64,000 nt of DNA from Malacoraja senta (GCA_038087875.1 CM075992.1:250001-314000); one strand, 5' to 3'; counted from the first letter of the stretch, positions 24,385-36,200 are shown. Notes: generated from the sequence alone by a model not told the origin. A program made the numbers and translations.

Positions 24385-24662
24385 GGGTGGCACGGCCTCA
24401 CAGCGCCAGAGACCCGGGTTCGACTCTGACTACGGTGCTGTCTGTATAGAATTTGTACGTTCTCATTGTTTTCTCAGAGATCTTCGGTTTCCTCCCACAG
24501 ACGTGCAGGTTTGTAGGTTAATTGGCTTGGTATAAATGTAAACATTATCTCTTGTGTGTGTGTGTGTAGGAGAGTGTTAATGTACGTGGGGATCACTGGT
24601 CGGCGCAGACTCAGTGGGCCAAATGTCCTGTTTGCTTGCTGTATCTCCAAACTAAATTAAAC
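24385..24662 (+). mobile_element. V-SINE with internal deletions
   Basis: gagacccgggttcgactc, partial V-domain and actaaattaa tail. Further copies at about 27146-27303(-), 29040-29215(-), 50565-50760(+), 54600-54785(+) and 63865-64000(+). Confidence 0.8.
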
Positions 24663-25162
24663 GTGGATAGGTGACATCTTGGGTCGAGGACCTTCTTTGA
24701 TCCAAAACATCACCTATCCATGTTCTCGAGAGATGCTGCCTGACCCGCTGAGTTACTCCAGCATTTGTGTCCTTTAATGTATTAACCAGCATCTGCAGTT
24801 CTTTGTTTTTACAGTTTCCACAACTTATACTTCTCTGTTTTTCACGACAATTTCAGGCACTGCATCTTCTCCATGAAATGTCCCTCTCATCAGGTGACTC
24901 CAATCTAAATCCAGCTGATGTCGTCACGATCACCAACAAATACCCTGGCTACAAATTTATCTACGGGCCCTTTTTTCCCCACAAACTAGTACTTAACTGA
25001 AACTCTGAGCGCAGAATACATTACATGTACAATAGAGACTAATCTCTATAGAAGATAGACAGTTGTGATGGAAGGCCTCTATTCTGTGGCCAGTGGAGTT
25101 CCACAGGGATCTGTGCTGGGACCTCTGCTGTTTGTGAGATATATAAATGACTTGGATCTAAA

Positions 25163-25563
25163 GATTCGCCCAACACCTCCGCTCGGTTCGCAATAACCAA
25201 CCTGATTTTCTAGTGGCTCAGCACTTCAACTCCCCCTCTCGTTCCGAATCCAACCTTTCTGTCGTGGGCCTCCTCCATGGTCAGAGTGAGGCCCATCGTA
25301 AATTGGAGGAGCAGCACCTCATATTTCGCTTGGGTAGTTTACACCCCAGCGGTATGAACATTGACTTCTCTAATTTCAGGTAGTCCCTGCTTTCTCCTCC
25401 CCTTCCCAGCTCTCCCTCAGCCCACTGTCTCCGCCTCTTCTTTTTCCCTCCCCCTCCACCCTCACATCAGTCTGAAGAAGGGTCTCGACCCGAAACGTCA
25501 CCCATTTCCTTTGCTCCATAGATGCTGCCTCACCCGCTGAGTTTCTCCAGCATTTTTGTCTAC
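25163..25563 (+). mobile_element. 5'-truncated PLE: GIY-YIG endonuclease C-terminus plus 3' terminal repeat
   Basis: Translates RFAQHLRSVRNNQPDFLVAQHFNSP...HRKLEEQHLIFRLGSLHPSGMNIDFSNFR*. Flanked by cttggatctaaa (25151-25162) and cttggatgtaaa (25564-25575). Confidence 0.9.
25472..25499 (+). ncRNA. Minimal type-I hammerhead ribozyme-like motif in the PLE 3' repeat
   Basis: CTGAAGA-A-GGGTC-TC-GACCC-GAAA-CGTC: conserved core, stem II, palindromic ACGT stem III and a GUC cleavage triplet. Minimal hammerheads are an established feature of PLE terminal repeats. Confidence 0.65.
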
Positions 25564-26679
25564 CTTGGATGTAAATGTAGATAGGTTGGTTAGCAAGTGA
25601 GCAGAAGACACCACAATGGGTGGAGTTGGGGACAGTGAGAAAGGATTCAGGCCAGTTACTTAGATGGGCGGAGAAATGGCAAATGGAGTTTAATACGAGC
25701 ATGTGTGAGGTGTTACCGTTTGGGAGGTTGAAGAGGAAATATGCAGTGGATGGCATGACCCTTAAAGTAGCAACACAAATAGAGGCATATGGTATGCTTG
25801 CCTTCATTGGACGGGATATTGAATATAAGAATTAGGAAGTTATGTTACAGCTTTATAAAACTTTGGTCAGGCATTTGGGGTATTGCGTGCAGTTCTGGTC
25901 ACCCCATTTCAGTAAGGATGTGGAGGAGGTTTACCAGAATGCTGCCTGGGTTAGAGGTATTAGTTATGAAGCGAGCGTGGACAAGCTTGGATTGTTTTCT
26001 CTGAAACATCAGAGGTTGAGGAGAGAAGTTTGTAAAATGATGAGAGGGGCAGATAGGGTAGACAATCAGAACATTTTATTTCCCAGGATGGAAATGTCAA
26101 AGACTAGAGGGCATAAGTTGAAGGTGAGAGGGGCAAAGTTTAAAGGAGATGTGCAGGGCAGGTGTTTTACAGAGGGTGGTGAGTGCCTAGAGTGGTAGAG
26201 GCACATACGATAGCGGTGTTTTAGAGGATTTTAGATAGGCACATGGATATGCAGGGGAATGGGGGGGATATGGATCAGTGCAGGCAGAGGAGATTAAATT
26301 GGTATTATGTTCTGTTCTTTGTTCCAAATGATATTGCTTATAATACAGTATTAAAGTACATAATAATGAAGATAAATGGCCTGTTGCACGTTCTCGACCC
26401 AAGATGTTGGCTTGTGCCTCCACAGATGCTGACTGACCTGCTGAATTCCAGAGTTTCTTTTGTGCTCCAGATTCTAATATCTGCAGTCAAGGTTATTTCA
26501 CATTCAATTATCAAAGCTCCTTGCGTTTTATCCACTAGATGCGATGTGAAATCACAACTGGACGCGTACTTGAAGAGTTATAAGGAGAAAGCAGGGGCCT
26601 ATGCAACTAATTGGAAGCTCCTTCAAAGGGCTAACCCAGGGCTGATGGGCTGAATGGCTTCCCTCAGAGGTCTTAACAT

Positions 26680-26880
26680 CATGTGATAGGAGCCGAATTA
26701 GGCCATTCAGCCCATCGAGTCTATTCCGCCATTTAATCATGGCTGAGGTATCTCTCCCTCCTAACCCCCATTCTCCTGCCTTCTCCCCATAACCCCTGAC
26801 ACCCGCACTAATCAAGAATCTATCTATCTCTGCCTTAAAAATATCCATTGACTTGGCCTCCACAGCCGTCTGTGGCAGTT
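26680..26880 (-). mobile_element. CR1 3' end fragment (representative)
   Basis: aattaggccattcagccc...ttctcctgccttctcccc. Similar short 3' ends lie near 2252, 7543, 15725, 30810, 39695, 40930, 44655, 45535, 48270, 48685, 49010, 55245, 57838, 60350, 60715, 60990 and 63055. Confidence 0.8.
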
Positions 26881-29474
26881 GCCGGATGCATTAAATGTCT
26901 TCTGGGGGGACAAGTGTTGCCTCTCCACCAACAAGCCGCAATATTCCTGGCACGGCCTTTCCTTTGAGCATATGCAGGGTTTGTTCGCAGTCTTCAGGAG
27001 GAGATGCATTAAGCAATGTGATGGAAGGAAGTAGAAGTCTGTATATGCCAGGTATTGACACAGACAGACAGCATTCACTCAGTGTGTCGTGTTCTGTACA
27101 GACCTGCTGTAACATTGCTATCCATACACCCAGGAAGCCAGATACTTAGTTTAGTTTAGAGATACAGTGCAGTAACAGGCCATCTGGCCCACCAAGTCCA
27201 CGCCGACCAGCGATCCCCGCACACTAACACCATCCTACACACACTAGGACAATTTTACATTTATACCAAGCCAATTGATCTACAAACCTGTACATCTTTG
27301 GAGTTCATCCCGTTCTAGACCAGAGCAGAAACATCACCATGACCCTCACTAGAAGGTACACAGTTCCAAACATCACACACCTTCATATTCTTAGCCCTTT
27401 CCCCAACACGGAGCTTACACAGGGTCGGTGGGATCCACAGGAGTTGTCTGCTCTTCCCAAAGGACCACTGGATCAGGAAGCTGTGCCTGGAATCCAGAGG
27501 TTCCAGAGGTTCAGAGGTGAAGCACAAATGCAAGCAATCCCAGTGAGGAAACTCATCTTCTTGCTAACCCACAACCAACCAAGCCAGCTCAATACCTGAA
27601 ACTTTCTGAAGACCAATTACTGAATTTATAGTTCAGTTAAATGAGAAAGCATTTGTAATTATGAATTATTTGAAATGTGGATATTAATGAGACTGTAACT
27701 CAGTTAATATTCCAAAGGTGGTGCAAGGGAAAAAATACATTCCTGACAAAAAAGGAGTATGAGTATTGTGTGTGTGTGTGTGTACGCATGGACAACCTGT
27801 TCCCTTTGTGCCTGTATGTGTTGACATCATGTAATCCTGCTGAATACAGCATTGAGCAGTGTACTTGCTTCATAACAAGGTAATAGAGACACTGACAGGA
27901 ACATTCAGCTTGAAGACTCAACATGTACAGTAGATACACTTTGATGTATGTATACATTCTTTGTTCATTACTGAGGGCGTTACAACTCTTCCCGTTGAAA
28001 TTCCCACAAAGTGGACATCTTCTTTGGCCTGTGAGGACACTGGTAGGATAGTTTCCCAGAGGCCGGGGGATCCATCTGCTCAGCGTAAAGAGCGACCCTT
28101 GCCCCTGGAACAGACATGACTCCCAGACACAAGCCAATGGGACTAGCTTGGATGGGGCATCTTGGTCAGCATGGACGAGTTGGGCCAAAGGGCCTCATTC
28201 CATGCTGTACAACGCGATGATTCTATGGATCTAAGATGCACACAAGACTGAGATGCAGCAAAATATCTTCACTCCCTCTCAAGTGAGTCATGAGGCAGAA
28301 AAGGACAAATATGGTGTGACCTTTTCATCTTTAATCAGAGCAAGGAACTGAGACAGCTGAATTACAGGCATCCTTCAACTTGTTCCCCAGGTTCAGGCGG
28401 ACCTGGGATGGAGTCTTTACTATCTTCATTCAGTGCCATCTCATCTCCAGCTTGGACACAGGTCGGCTGTGGACTCAGTAAAGTACCCAGCTATCGACGC
28501 TGGGATCTGTGTGGTGAAGAAGCACTTGGAGAGCTGGAACAATGTGTTTCAACAGACTGCAGGGGGTGGCTTCCAGCAGCTAAATCAATCTTCCAACTAT
28601 GATCTCCTTTGTAGATGCAGTATTGTCAAAACACTAATATATGGAGGTGGAGTTATTAAGAGGGGCACGTCCACAAAAAATACGTACAAACCTATTTTGC
28701 AGGAGAAAGTTTTTACTGTGGAATTGTTTCGTAAAATCCCTCATATTTAGGTGCACCTCCTGATCTGACATAATTATTGACGGCACACACTGGCTGTAGA
28801 ATGCTGCTGATTTGTGGAACTAACTGCCTGTAAACCGGCAGGCAGGTTTCTATGCTACAGCAGGAATCACATTTATAAAGCACTTACAGATTAATTAAAA
28901 ACTGCAGGTGATAGAAATCTGAAATAAAGCAGAAAATGCTGGAAAAACTCAGCATCTCACTTGCCATGTCTCCATCACTCAGATGATTCTCACAACATGA
29001 CTCCATCACCGCCTGGGTTAGTATCTTTGTAGTCTTTCGACTTTAGAGATACAGCCCTTTGGCCCACCGAGTCCGTACTGACCAACAATCACTCCCACAC
29101 ACTAACACTACCCTACACACAGGGAACAATTTACAATTTTACCAATTAACCTACAACCCTGTACGTCTTTGGAATGTGGGAGGAAACGGGAGCACCTGGT
29201 AAAAGCCCACACAGTTCACACCAACTGAATTCAATTATATTAATATTTTCTCTCATAAGTTAAGGGTGTCATCCCAAGCCGCTAACCTACCTCATTGCAG
29301 ACTTTACACTTTTTATCTACGTTTTCTCTGTTCCTGTTAATGCCATACTGTTATATTAACAGAATATTCTGCACTGTTCATTTTTCTCTTTGAATTACCT
29401 GTTTGACCCATGTAAGTCATGATTCTACTCACGTATGATTTGACTGAACAGGACGCAAACAAAGCTCTTACGAA

Positions 29475-30229
29475 TCTATATATCACTAAAACTCTCATCT
29501 TGTTTGTTATTCTGTGTGCGTGCGTGCTCCCGGGAACTACGCCAAAACGGTACATGATAGCGCTACCATTTTTGGACCACCTTACTTACAATTGCCTTGT
29601 GGTGTGTTTTTTTTATCAAGTTTCGTTCAGATCGATGTTATATTTTACGTTATTCACATTTTTAACTTTACTAAATCCAGTTTGAGAAAGAATCACTTCA
29701 ACTTGCAGTGGCAGTTACAGCTATGCCATCACAATGGGATCTCATTTACATAACCTGCCCATGAGCAGTGCCCCACCCGACAATGACATCACAATGGGAA
29801 CTCATTTACATAAACTGTCCATCAACAGTGTTCCACCAGTGCAATGAGAGATTTATTACATCATTGTAAGGAGAGTGAAGGAGCGGGGGAGGGGGAGACA
29901 TTTTATTTAAACTGTGTTTAGTGGGGGAGTGCGATAGGGGAGAGATGAGAGGTGAGGAGTGGGGGAGCAGGGGAGATAGAGGGAGAGGAGGGGGGGTAGG
30001 GAGGGAAGAGGGGTTATGGTGGGAGGGAGGGAGTGACTGAGGGTAGGGGAAAGGAGAGTGAGGGAGAGGTGAGTGGAGGAGGGGAGGAGGAGAGGGAGGA
30101 TGGAGAGAAGGGGGAGGGAGTGTTGGGGGATGAGGGGAAATGAGCCACAACTGTGCAGTTGGGGGCTATGGGTGAGTGGTGGAATATTGCGTTGGGGGAA
30201 CGGGGCCCAACGGGTCCCTCTTGGTCTAC
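29475..30229 (+). mobile_element. Candidate non-autonomous Helitron
   Basis: Starts TC(tatatat) after A; ends CTAC (CTAG-like) before T. A GC-rich 7-bp hairpin ggggccc-aac-gggtccc (30202-30218) sits 11 nt from the end. No TSD. Internal 2x ~61-bp repeat and a G-rich tract. Confidence 0.6.
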
Positions 30230-30317
30230 TAAACCAATAAAAGTCTTGATATCACGTCCTTCATGATGAACCCCATTATTTCCCAGCCATGGGATCGAGC
30301 CAGCAGGTCAATTGCTC

Positions 30318-30353
<36 letters not shown>

Positions 30354-30397
30354 ATAAGTGCGATCATATTTCCTACTTCCATCTTTCAAAAATCTCA

Positions 30398-30597
30398 NNN
30401 NNNNNNNNNNNNNNNNNNNNNNNNNNNNNNNNNNNNNNNNNNNNNNNNNNNNNNNNNNNNNNNNNNNNNNNNNNNNNNNNNNNNNNNNNNNNNNNNNNNN
30501 NNNNNNNNNNNNNNNNNNNNNNNNNNNNNNNNNNNNNNNNNNNNNNNNNNNNNNNNNNNNNNNNNNNNNNNNNNNNNNNNNNNNNNNNNNNNNNNNN
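30398..30597. other. Assembly gap (200 N)
   Basis: Run of N; true gap length unknown. Confidence 1.
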
Positions 30598-31801
30598 AGA
30601 TCCCATCTCAGGGTTGCTAAACTCAGCCAGTCTGTAGAGGATTCTCTCTCCCCAGATGCTGCCTGACCAGCTGAGTATATCCAACACTATATGCCTTTGT
30701 TTCTTCCGTACGTCCAGTGTCTACAGTCTGTTGGTTTAATTTAATGACATTCAGCCTGAGATAATCACATTTACCTCGATCCAGTGGTGGTCTGAGGTCA
30801 TGAATCATTCAGTCATAGTCATACAGAATAGGAGCAGGCCCTTCAACTCAACTTACCAATGCTGACCAAGGTGCTCATCCTATACTAGTGCCACCTGGGG
30901 ACTAGTATAGATATATCCCTCTAAACCATTCTTATCCATGTTCCAGTCCAATTATCTTTAAAAGTTGTTATGGTATCTGCCTCAACTAGCTCCTCTGGGT
31001 CCATACACCCACCACCCTCTGAGTGAAAATGTTGCCCCTCAAAGCTCGGTCCTCTGGTTCCAACTCTGGGTAAAGATCCTGTGTTGATTCCAAGTATTGA
31101 CCAGAGCAGGTAAGGACAGCAGACTCCCATCAACAATCCTGTAGACAAAGACAAGACACAGAGAGCTGGAGTAACTCAGCGGGTCAGGCAGCATCTGTGG
31201 AGAACATGGATAGGTGACGTTACGGATCTTCTCCAGATCTATTTAGTGACAGAGTCATACAGCTTGGAAACAGGCTCTTTGACCAACATGTCTCATCTAC
31301 ACTAGTCCTATCGGCCTACGTTTGGCCCATAGCCCGCTAAACCTGGCCTATGCAATACTTGCTGGGATTTGCTGGGATTTGAGTCGCTGCTGGTTCTGCT
31401 GCCAGGTCTCTGATGATTATTTCAATAGATGAGTCATTGTGCTGCCTGGTAGTCCAGTGAGATGGGCAGCAAGTGCAGTGTTGACCAGTAGGAGCGGCCA
31501 TTGGATGTGACCGGTGTTGTGGTCACATAATGAATAAACCTAGTGTGGTGTTGGTGGTGTTGGTGGTGTGTGGAGGGTGACGGAACCTACCAGGGGCCCC
31601 ACAAACACCAGGCTGCTTCTCGATGTCATCTTCACCATTGGCCATCCCTGGAGTTCAGGTTGGACGTCACTCTTGCCCATTCCACTCTTGCCCGGAAACA
31701 CCCAACCTACCTCATCTCCTTCTGATTTCTCCCATCCGTCCCCACATCTCCAAGTCTGGGAGAGGGGGGACCTTCCCATCCAGCACCCCCTGGTTCCCAT
31801 C

Positions 31802-32300
31802 GCCCCCCCCCCCCGCTGGTGTCCGTAACCCCTTTCCCCCCCCACACACACCCCCCCCACCCCACCCTAACCCCACCCCTCCCCCCACCCCTCCCCCACC
31901 CCTCCCCCCACCCCCACCCCCTCCCCCATTCGGCCCTTCAAGCCATTCAATGTGATCATGGCTGATCATCCACAGTGACAGCATCTCCATCAATCACCTG
32001 GAGACCGAGGGAGGAGGGGATAGATGGGAGGGGAAGGAGGGGGGGAGGGAGAGAGAGAGAGAGGGGGAGAGAGGGAGGGAGAGAGGGAGGGAGGGAGGGA
32101 GGGAGGGAGAGGGAAGGAGGGAGAGAGGGAGAGAGGGAGAGAGAGAGGGAGGGAGGGAGGGAAGGAGGGAGGGAGGGAGGGAGGGAGAGAGGGAGGGAGC
32201 GAGGGGAGGGAGGGAGGGAGGGAGGGAAGGACAGAGGGAGAGAGGGAGGGAGGAAGAGAGGGAGGGAGGGAGGGAGGAGGAGGAAGGACAGAGGGAGGGG
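31802..32300. repeat. C-rich tract followed by a (GGGA/GA)n polypurine tract
   Basis: C-runs at 31802-31927 and a purine-dominated tract at 32008-32300. Confidence 0.9.
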
Positions 32301-32319
32301 TAGTGAATGTCCACGAGGC

Positions 32320-32370
32320 AGCATCCAATCAGGCAGCAGTCTTGCTCCAACAGATGGGCACATAAAGCGT
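32320..32370 (+). promoter_or_regulatory. Candidate core promoter (CCAAT box, E-box, TATA-like)
   Basis: CCAATCAG at 32325-32332, AACAGATGG at 32349-32357 and CATAAAG at 32361-32367, in promoter-like order and spacing. Confidence 0.55.
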
Positions 32371-32389
32371 GCGGAAGGAGCAGAGGCAG

Positions 32390-32835
32390 CAGCAGCGGCA
32401 GCAGCTCACTAAAGCTGGGACACACAGACAGATAGACAAACAGACAGACAGGCTGGCAGACAGGCAGACAGTCAGACAGACAGTGAGACAGGCAGACAGT
32501 CAGACAGGGAGCAGCACGCTGGCACCTGCAGCATCCAGCCCTTTTTTATTTTGAGCGATTGTGCGTGTGTGTGTGTGCGCGTGTGCGTGGCTGTGAGTGT
32601 GAGTGTGTGAGTGCGTGAGTGTGTGTGGGGCTGTGTGTATGCACACGCTTGTGTGTGCGTGTGTGTGTGTTGAGCACGCGCACCACTTGTGCAATACTTT
32701 ATGTACATCCGAATCCACCTCTCGAAGAAAGAAGAGAAAATAAGATTTTGACAACTGTCCTCTTGTAGATATTTTATTTTCAACAAGACATACAGCTGCA
32801 TCGGATCTAAGACATCGCCTCTCTGCACATTAAGA
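32390..32835 (+). other. elavl3: Putative 5' UTR of exon 1 (start approximate)
   Basis: GCA/CAGA/GT microsatellite-rich leader between the TATA-like box and AAGAATGG; TSS inferred only from spacing. Confidence 0.45.
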
Positions 32836-32844
32836 ATGGTCACT
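32836..32844 (+). CDS. elavl3: First coding exon stub (Met-Val-Thr) of probable ELAV-like protein 3 (HuC)
   Basis: aagaATGGTCACT|gtaggt: ATG with A at -3 and G at +4, three codons, then a phase-0 GT donor. As I recall, vertebrate Elavl3 begins MVT with a 9-nt coding first exon. Exon 2 (DDSKTNLIVNYLPQ) was not found in the window. Confidence 0.6.
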
Positions 32845-33185
32845 GTAGGTATTTGTGTTTTTTATTCTCTCTACTTACGGCTCTGACCCTTCTTTCATGT
32901 CGTCTTTTGTTCCTGCACCACTGTTGCTAAGATTTGTGTAAGCAGCCTTTTGTGTGTTTCTTATGTAAAATGGCTCCGCTCTCCCTGGCTTGGACATCGC
33001 TGGGTGGGTCTGTATTCTCCAAGGACAGGGACAGACCCAGGGCACAGAGACGACAGCAGGCTCCCCCTCCCCCTACCCCCCCCCCATCCCCCCACCCCCG
33101 GCGGCACGCTCAATATGGGGGGGTCTCGGCAAGGCCGATCAAAGAAGCTTTGCAGCAGAGACATCTCTGCTCACGGTCTCAGAGC

Positions 33186-33260
33186 GAGGGGGAGACAGAG
33201 GGGGAGACAGAGGGGGAGACAGAGGGGGAGACAGAGAGGGAGACAGAGAGGGAGAGAGAG
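33186..33260. repeat. 12-bp tandem repeat
   Basis: (gagggggagaca)n. Confidence 0.9.
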
Positions 33261-36200
33261 GCATTGGCCCCCAACGTCACCTTGCACCATCATTGGGTGG
33301 AGTGCGGATCGGGGCTGGAATAAAGACAGCGGAGGCAATGCCGTGCTTGTATAATGTGACGGCACGATCCCTGCAGCGGCTCCCGCGAACAATGGGAGCA
33401 AGGGAACGCTGGCTCGGAGAAAACCACGAGGGGTTCTGGAATTAAACCTTGCTGCTCTGACAGGCCAGGAGAACGCTGCATATTCTGTACTGGACTGTAT
33501 TATACTGTAGCAAGGATCGAATATCCATGTCCTCTCCCCCCTCCTCCCTCACCGCCCCATCTCCCTCCTGACCTCCCCCCTCTACCCCACTCCCCCCATT
33601 TCCTCACCTATCTCCTCCCCCTCCCCCCCCATCTCCACTTAACACCTCCCCCCCCCCCCATTTCCTCACATATCCATCTCTACCCCCCCCCCCCGCCATT
33701 TCAGGCAGCCGACAGCCTGTGTTCGGCCATTTATCATCTTGCCAGTGAAAGCAATAGATCAGTGCGAGTTGTCACCAACAATGAGCCCATTCTGCTGCAC
33801 CATTGCTGAGATGATGCGGTCAATTTGCATCAGGCACGAACGACCCTGACCACAGCCACTCCCCACCCACCCGGCCACTGACCGTGGTCATCTCCCCGTT
33901 CAGGGTGCAGGGAGAGGAGGGTTTCATGGTGACAGGGAAACTACAGATAAGGGCGAATGAGAAATGAACAACAGCAACGAATCCTACGTGAAGATGCCCG
34001 GCGCATTGCTGTAGCCGGGAGAGCGGTGAAACAGACAGAATATCAGCTTGATGTATTTCCTGCCCCCAACATCCAACGCATTGTGAAACAAAGCACCAAT
34101 CTGTTTGCCCACATGCTTCCCCCCCCCCCACCCCCTCAGAGCTACCCCTCCCTCCCCACCCAACCCACACCTCCCTCCTCGGGAACGTGACGAGCTGAGG
34201 AATTACTGGAATGCAAAATGAGCAGCGCTGCTTCAGGATAGATGGACAGCCAGGAGAGGTGGTTACGTGAAGAGCCTTGTAATGGATGTGAGATACTGCA
34301 CAGAGAGAGAGGGGTTGGAGAGAGAGGAAGACCATGGCTGACACACACTGATGGAGCTGTATCCAAACCCGCTCCCCACCCCTGCAGGACACGGCCCCAC
34401 CTTTGTGCCAAGGTTAAGCGGTCAATTGGTCAACGCACCAACTGGTTCTGCTCCTCGCCGCTCCTCTCCCCTCCTTGACCCAAACTGAGCAATGGCCAGG
34501 ACAGGGAGGAGACTGGAGCCATTCTAGACATGGGGGCCAGGACCGGTCAATGTGCCACTGTGCCAACTCTTGGCCAGAATTGACACGCTCTTCCTCCAAA
34601 CTGCAGCCAGATGGGTGAGGGCTGGTGGTCAGTGAAGCCAAGACATTGACCAACATCCCCACATCACGGAAGCTCCAGCCACAGTGTGACCACCTTAACC
34701 AGGGCTAGCAGTTCCACATGCAATGCCATGGAATAAACCGCCTGTCCCCTCTCCCTCTCTCCCTCTCCCTCTCCCTCTCTCCCTCAGCTCACGCCCTCCC
34801 TCTCCCCCTCTCCCTCTCTCCCTCAGCTCACGCCCTCCCTCTCCTTCAGCTCACGCCCTCCCTCCATAGCCAGCTGGTGATTCTATCCAACTGCTGTGTG
34901 GATGAGGTCTGGTCGTTTAGATCTGACCTCTCTATGTTCACTTACATTCCCGGCACGCAGAGAGATGCTTCATTTTTTTTTAAATCATTTTTTCGAGGCT
35001 CATTTTCTTTGGGGGGTTGGGGGGACATTTTATTTCCTGGGCATCAGATTAACAAGAAATTAATTCAGTTTGGGTTTTTAATGAGAGTCACAAGCAGCCT
35101 TTGGAACCGCAGCAGGCTGGTCTGCGGGCGGGAGATACGTAGAAGCTCATTCCGATGAATTGAAGAGAAAGTGGATTTTTTTTCTTGACAAAAATAAAGA
35201 ATACTTTGGAATAGAAGGATTGAAAGAAGCAGGAAATAGTGGCACGTTTGTGTAAAATGAAGGGCTGGTTTCTTGCTGGAAGCGGTGTGTCAGGTGTAGA
35301 GAGACGGTGTTGGCGGGGCTTTCCCCAACACCCACTCCCCACCACATCCTTTGTTCCTCCCGCGTCTCTGCTTCAAGGCCACAGTGGGAAATGAGTTCTC
35401 AACCCCACTGATTGTTAACCTGGAGCGTGGAGTCGGTGGGTTGTAACCCCCTGTACCCCTGTTCCCCCGTCCCTGCAATACTCTGGGTGCTGGTGGAACA
35501 AAGGTGAACGTCAGGGCGATGTTGAGGAACCTTTACTCCACAGCCCAGTCAGATGGAGCAGTGATGCACAGCCCTGCTCACGGAGAGGGAGGGGGGAGAT
35601 AGAGGGGGGGGGGGTGAAAGAGAGGGGGTAGAGGTGGGGAGGGAGGGGGAGGGATGAGAGGGCCGTAAAGGAGAGAGTGAAAGAGAAAACGAGAGAGAAA
35701 GGGAGAGCGTGGTTGCTCCACTCCGCACAGCCATAGCTGCACCTGTTTTACTGCAGGCATTTATTTAAACGGGGGGTTCTCGTGGCTATTTGCCTGATGC
35801 TTTACTTGTGACAATTACCTCTTCTAAAGACTGACGGAATAAATAATTAGCCATTAGCGGGCTTGGTTGCATTAGGAGACAAAGAGGCAGGAAATGGGTC
35901 ACAACCAGATGAGAGAACATCTCTAACGATTCTAAATTGATTCCCCTATTTATTTAACATTTATTCAAATTAAATCATTGAAGATTTATACATCTCAAGG
36001 ATGATTGAATAATGCGTACGGCACCTAATCTACTAAAGGCAGTCTCAATGGTGGGGATATCCATTTAAACGGAGCATTTGGTTAAATTAGCCGCGTCCCA
36101 GCCCGACGCTGCTGTAGTGGAACAATGGGCGAGGGAACATATTCTGCTCACGTTCACAAGCTCCTTGTTAAGGTGCTCCTGCTGAAAGGGGAAATTATTG

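Larger units (their letters stand above)
25050..26300 (+). mobile_element. Degenerate CR1 RT/3' fragment interrupted by a PLE
   Basis: Translates SGVPQGSVLGPLLF..YINDLD, then WAEKWQMEFN and LQLYKTLVRHLGYCVQFWSPH. Confidence 0.85.

Noticed and set aside
30263..30687. ORFs spanning X runs
   Set aside because: Artefacts of the 200-N gap.
31420..31790. Possible old RTE-like 5' region (also 3320-3680)
   Set aside because: Only vague resemblance to 16890-17290; cannot be supported without alignment.
31540..32425. Pro-rich and Gly/Arg/Glu-rich ORFs
   Set aside because: Translations of low-complexity C-rich and GA-rich tracts.
33957..34190. 77-aa ORF (MRNEQQQRILREDARR...) near exon 1
   Set aside because: No recognisable homology and no clear splice signals.
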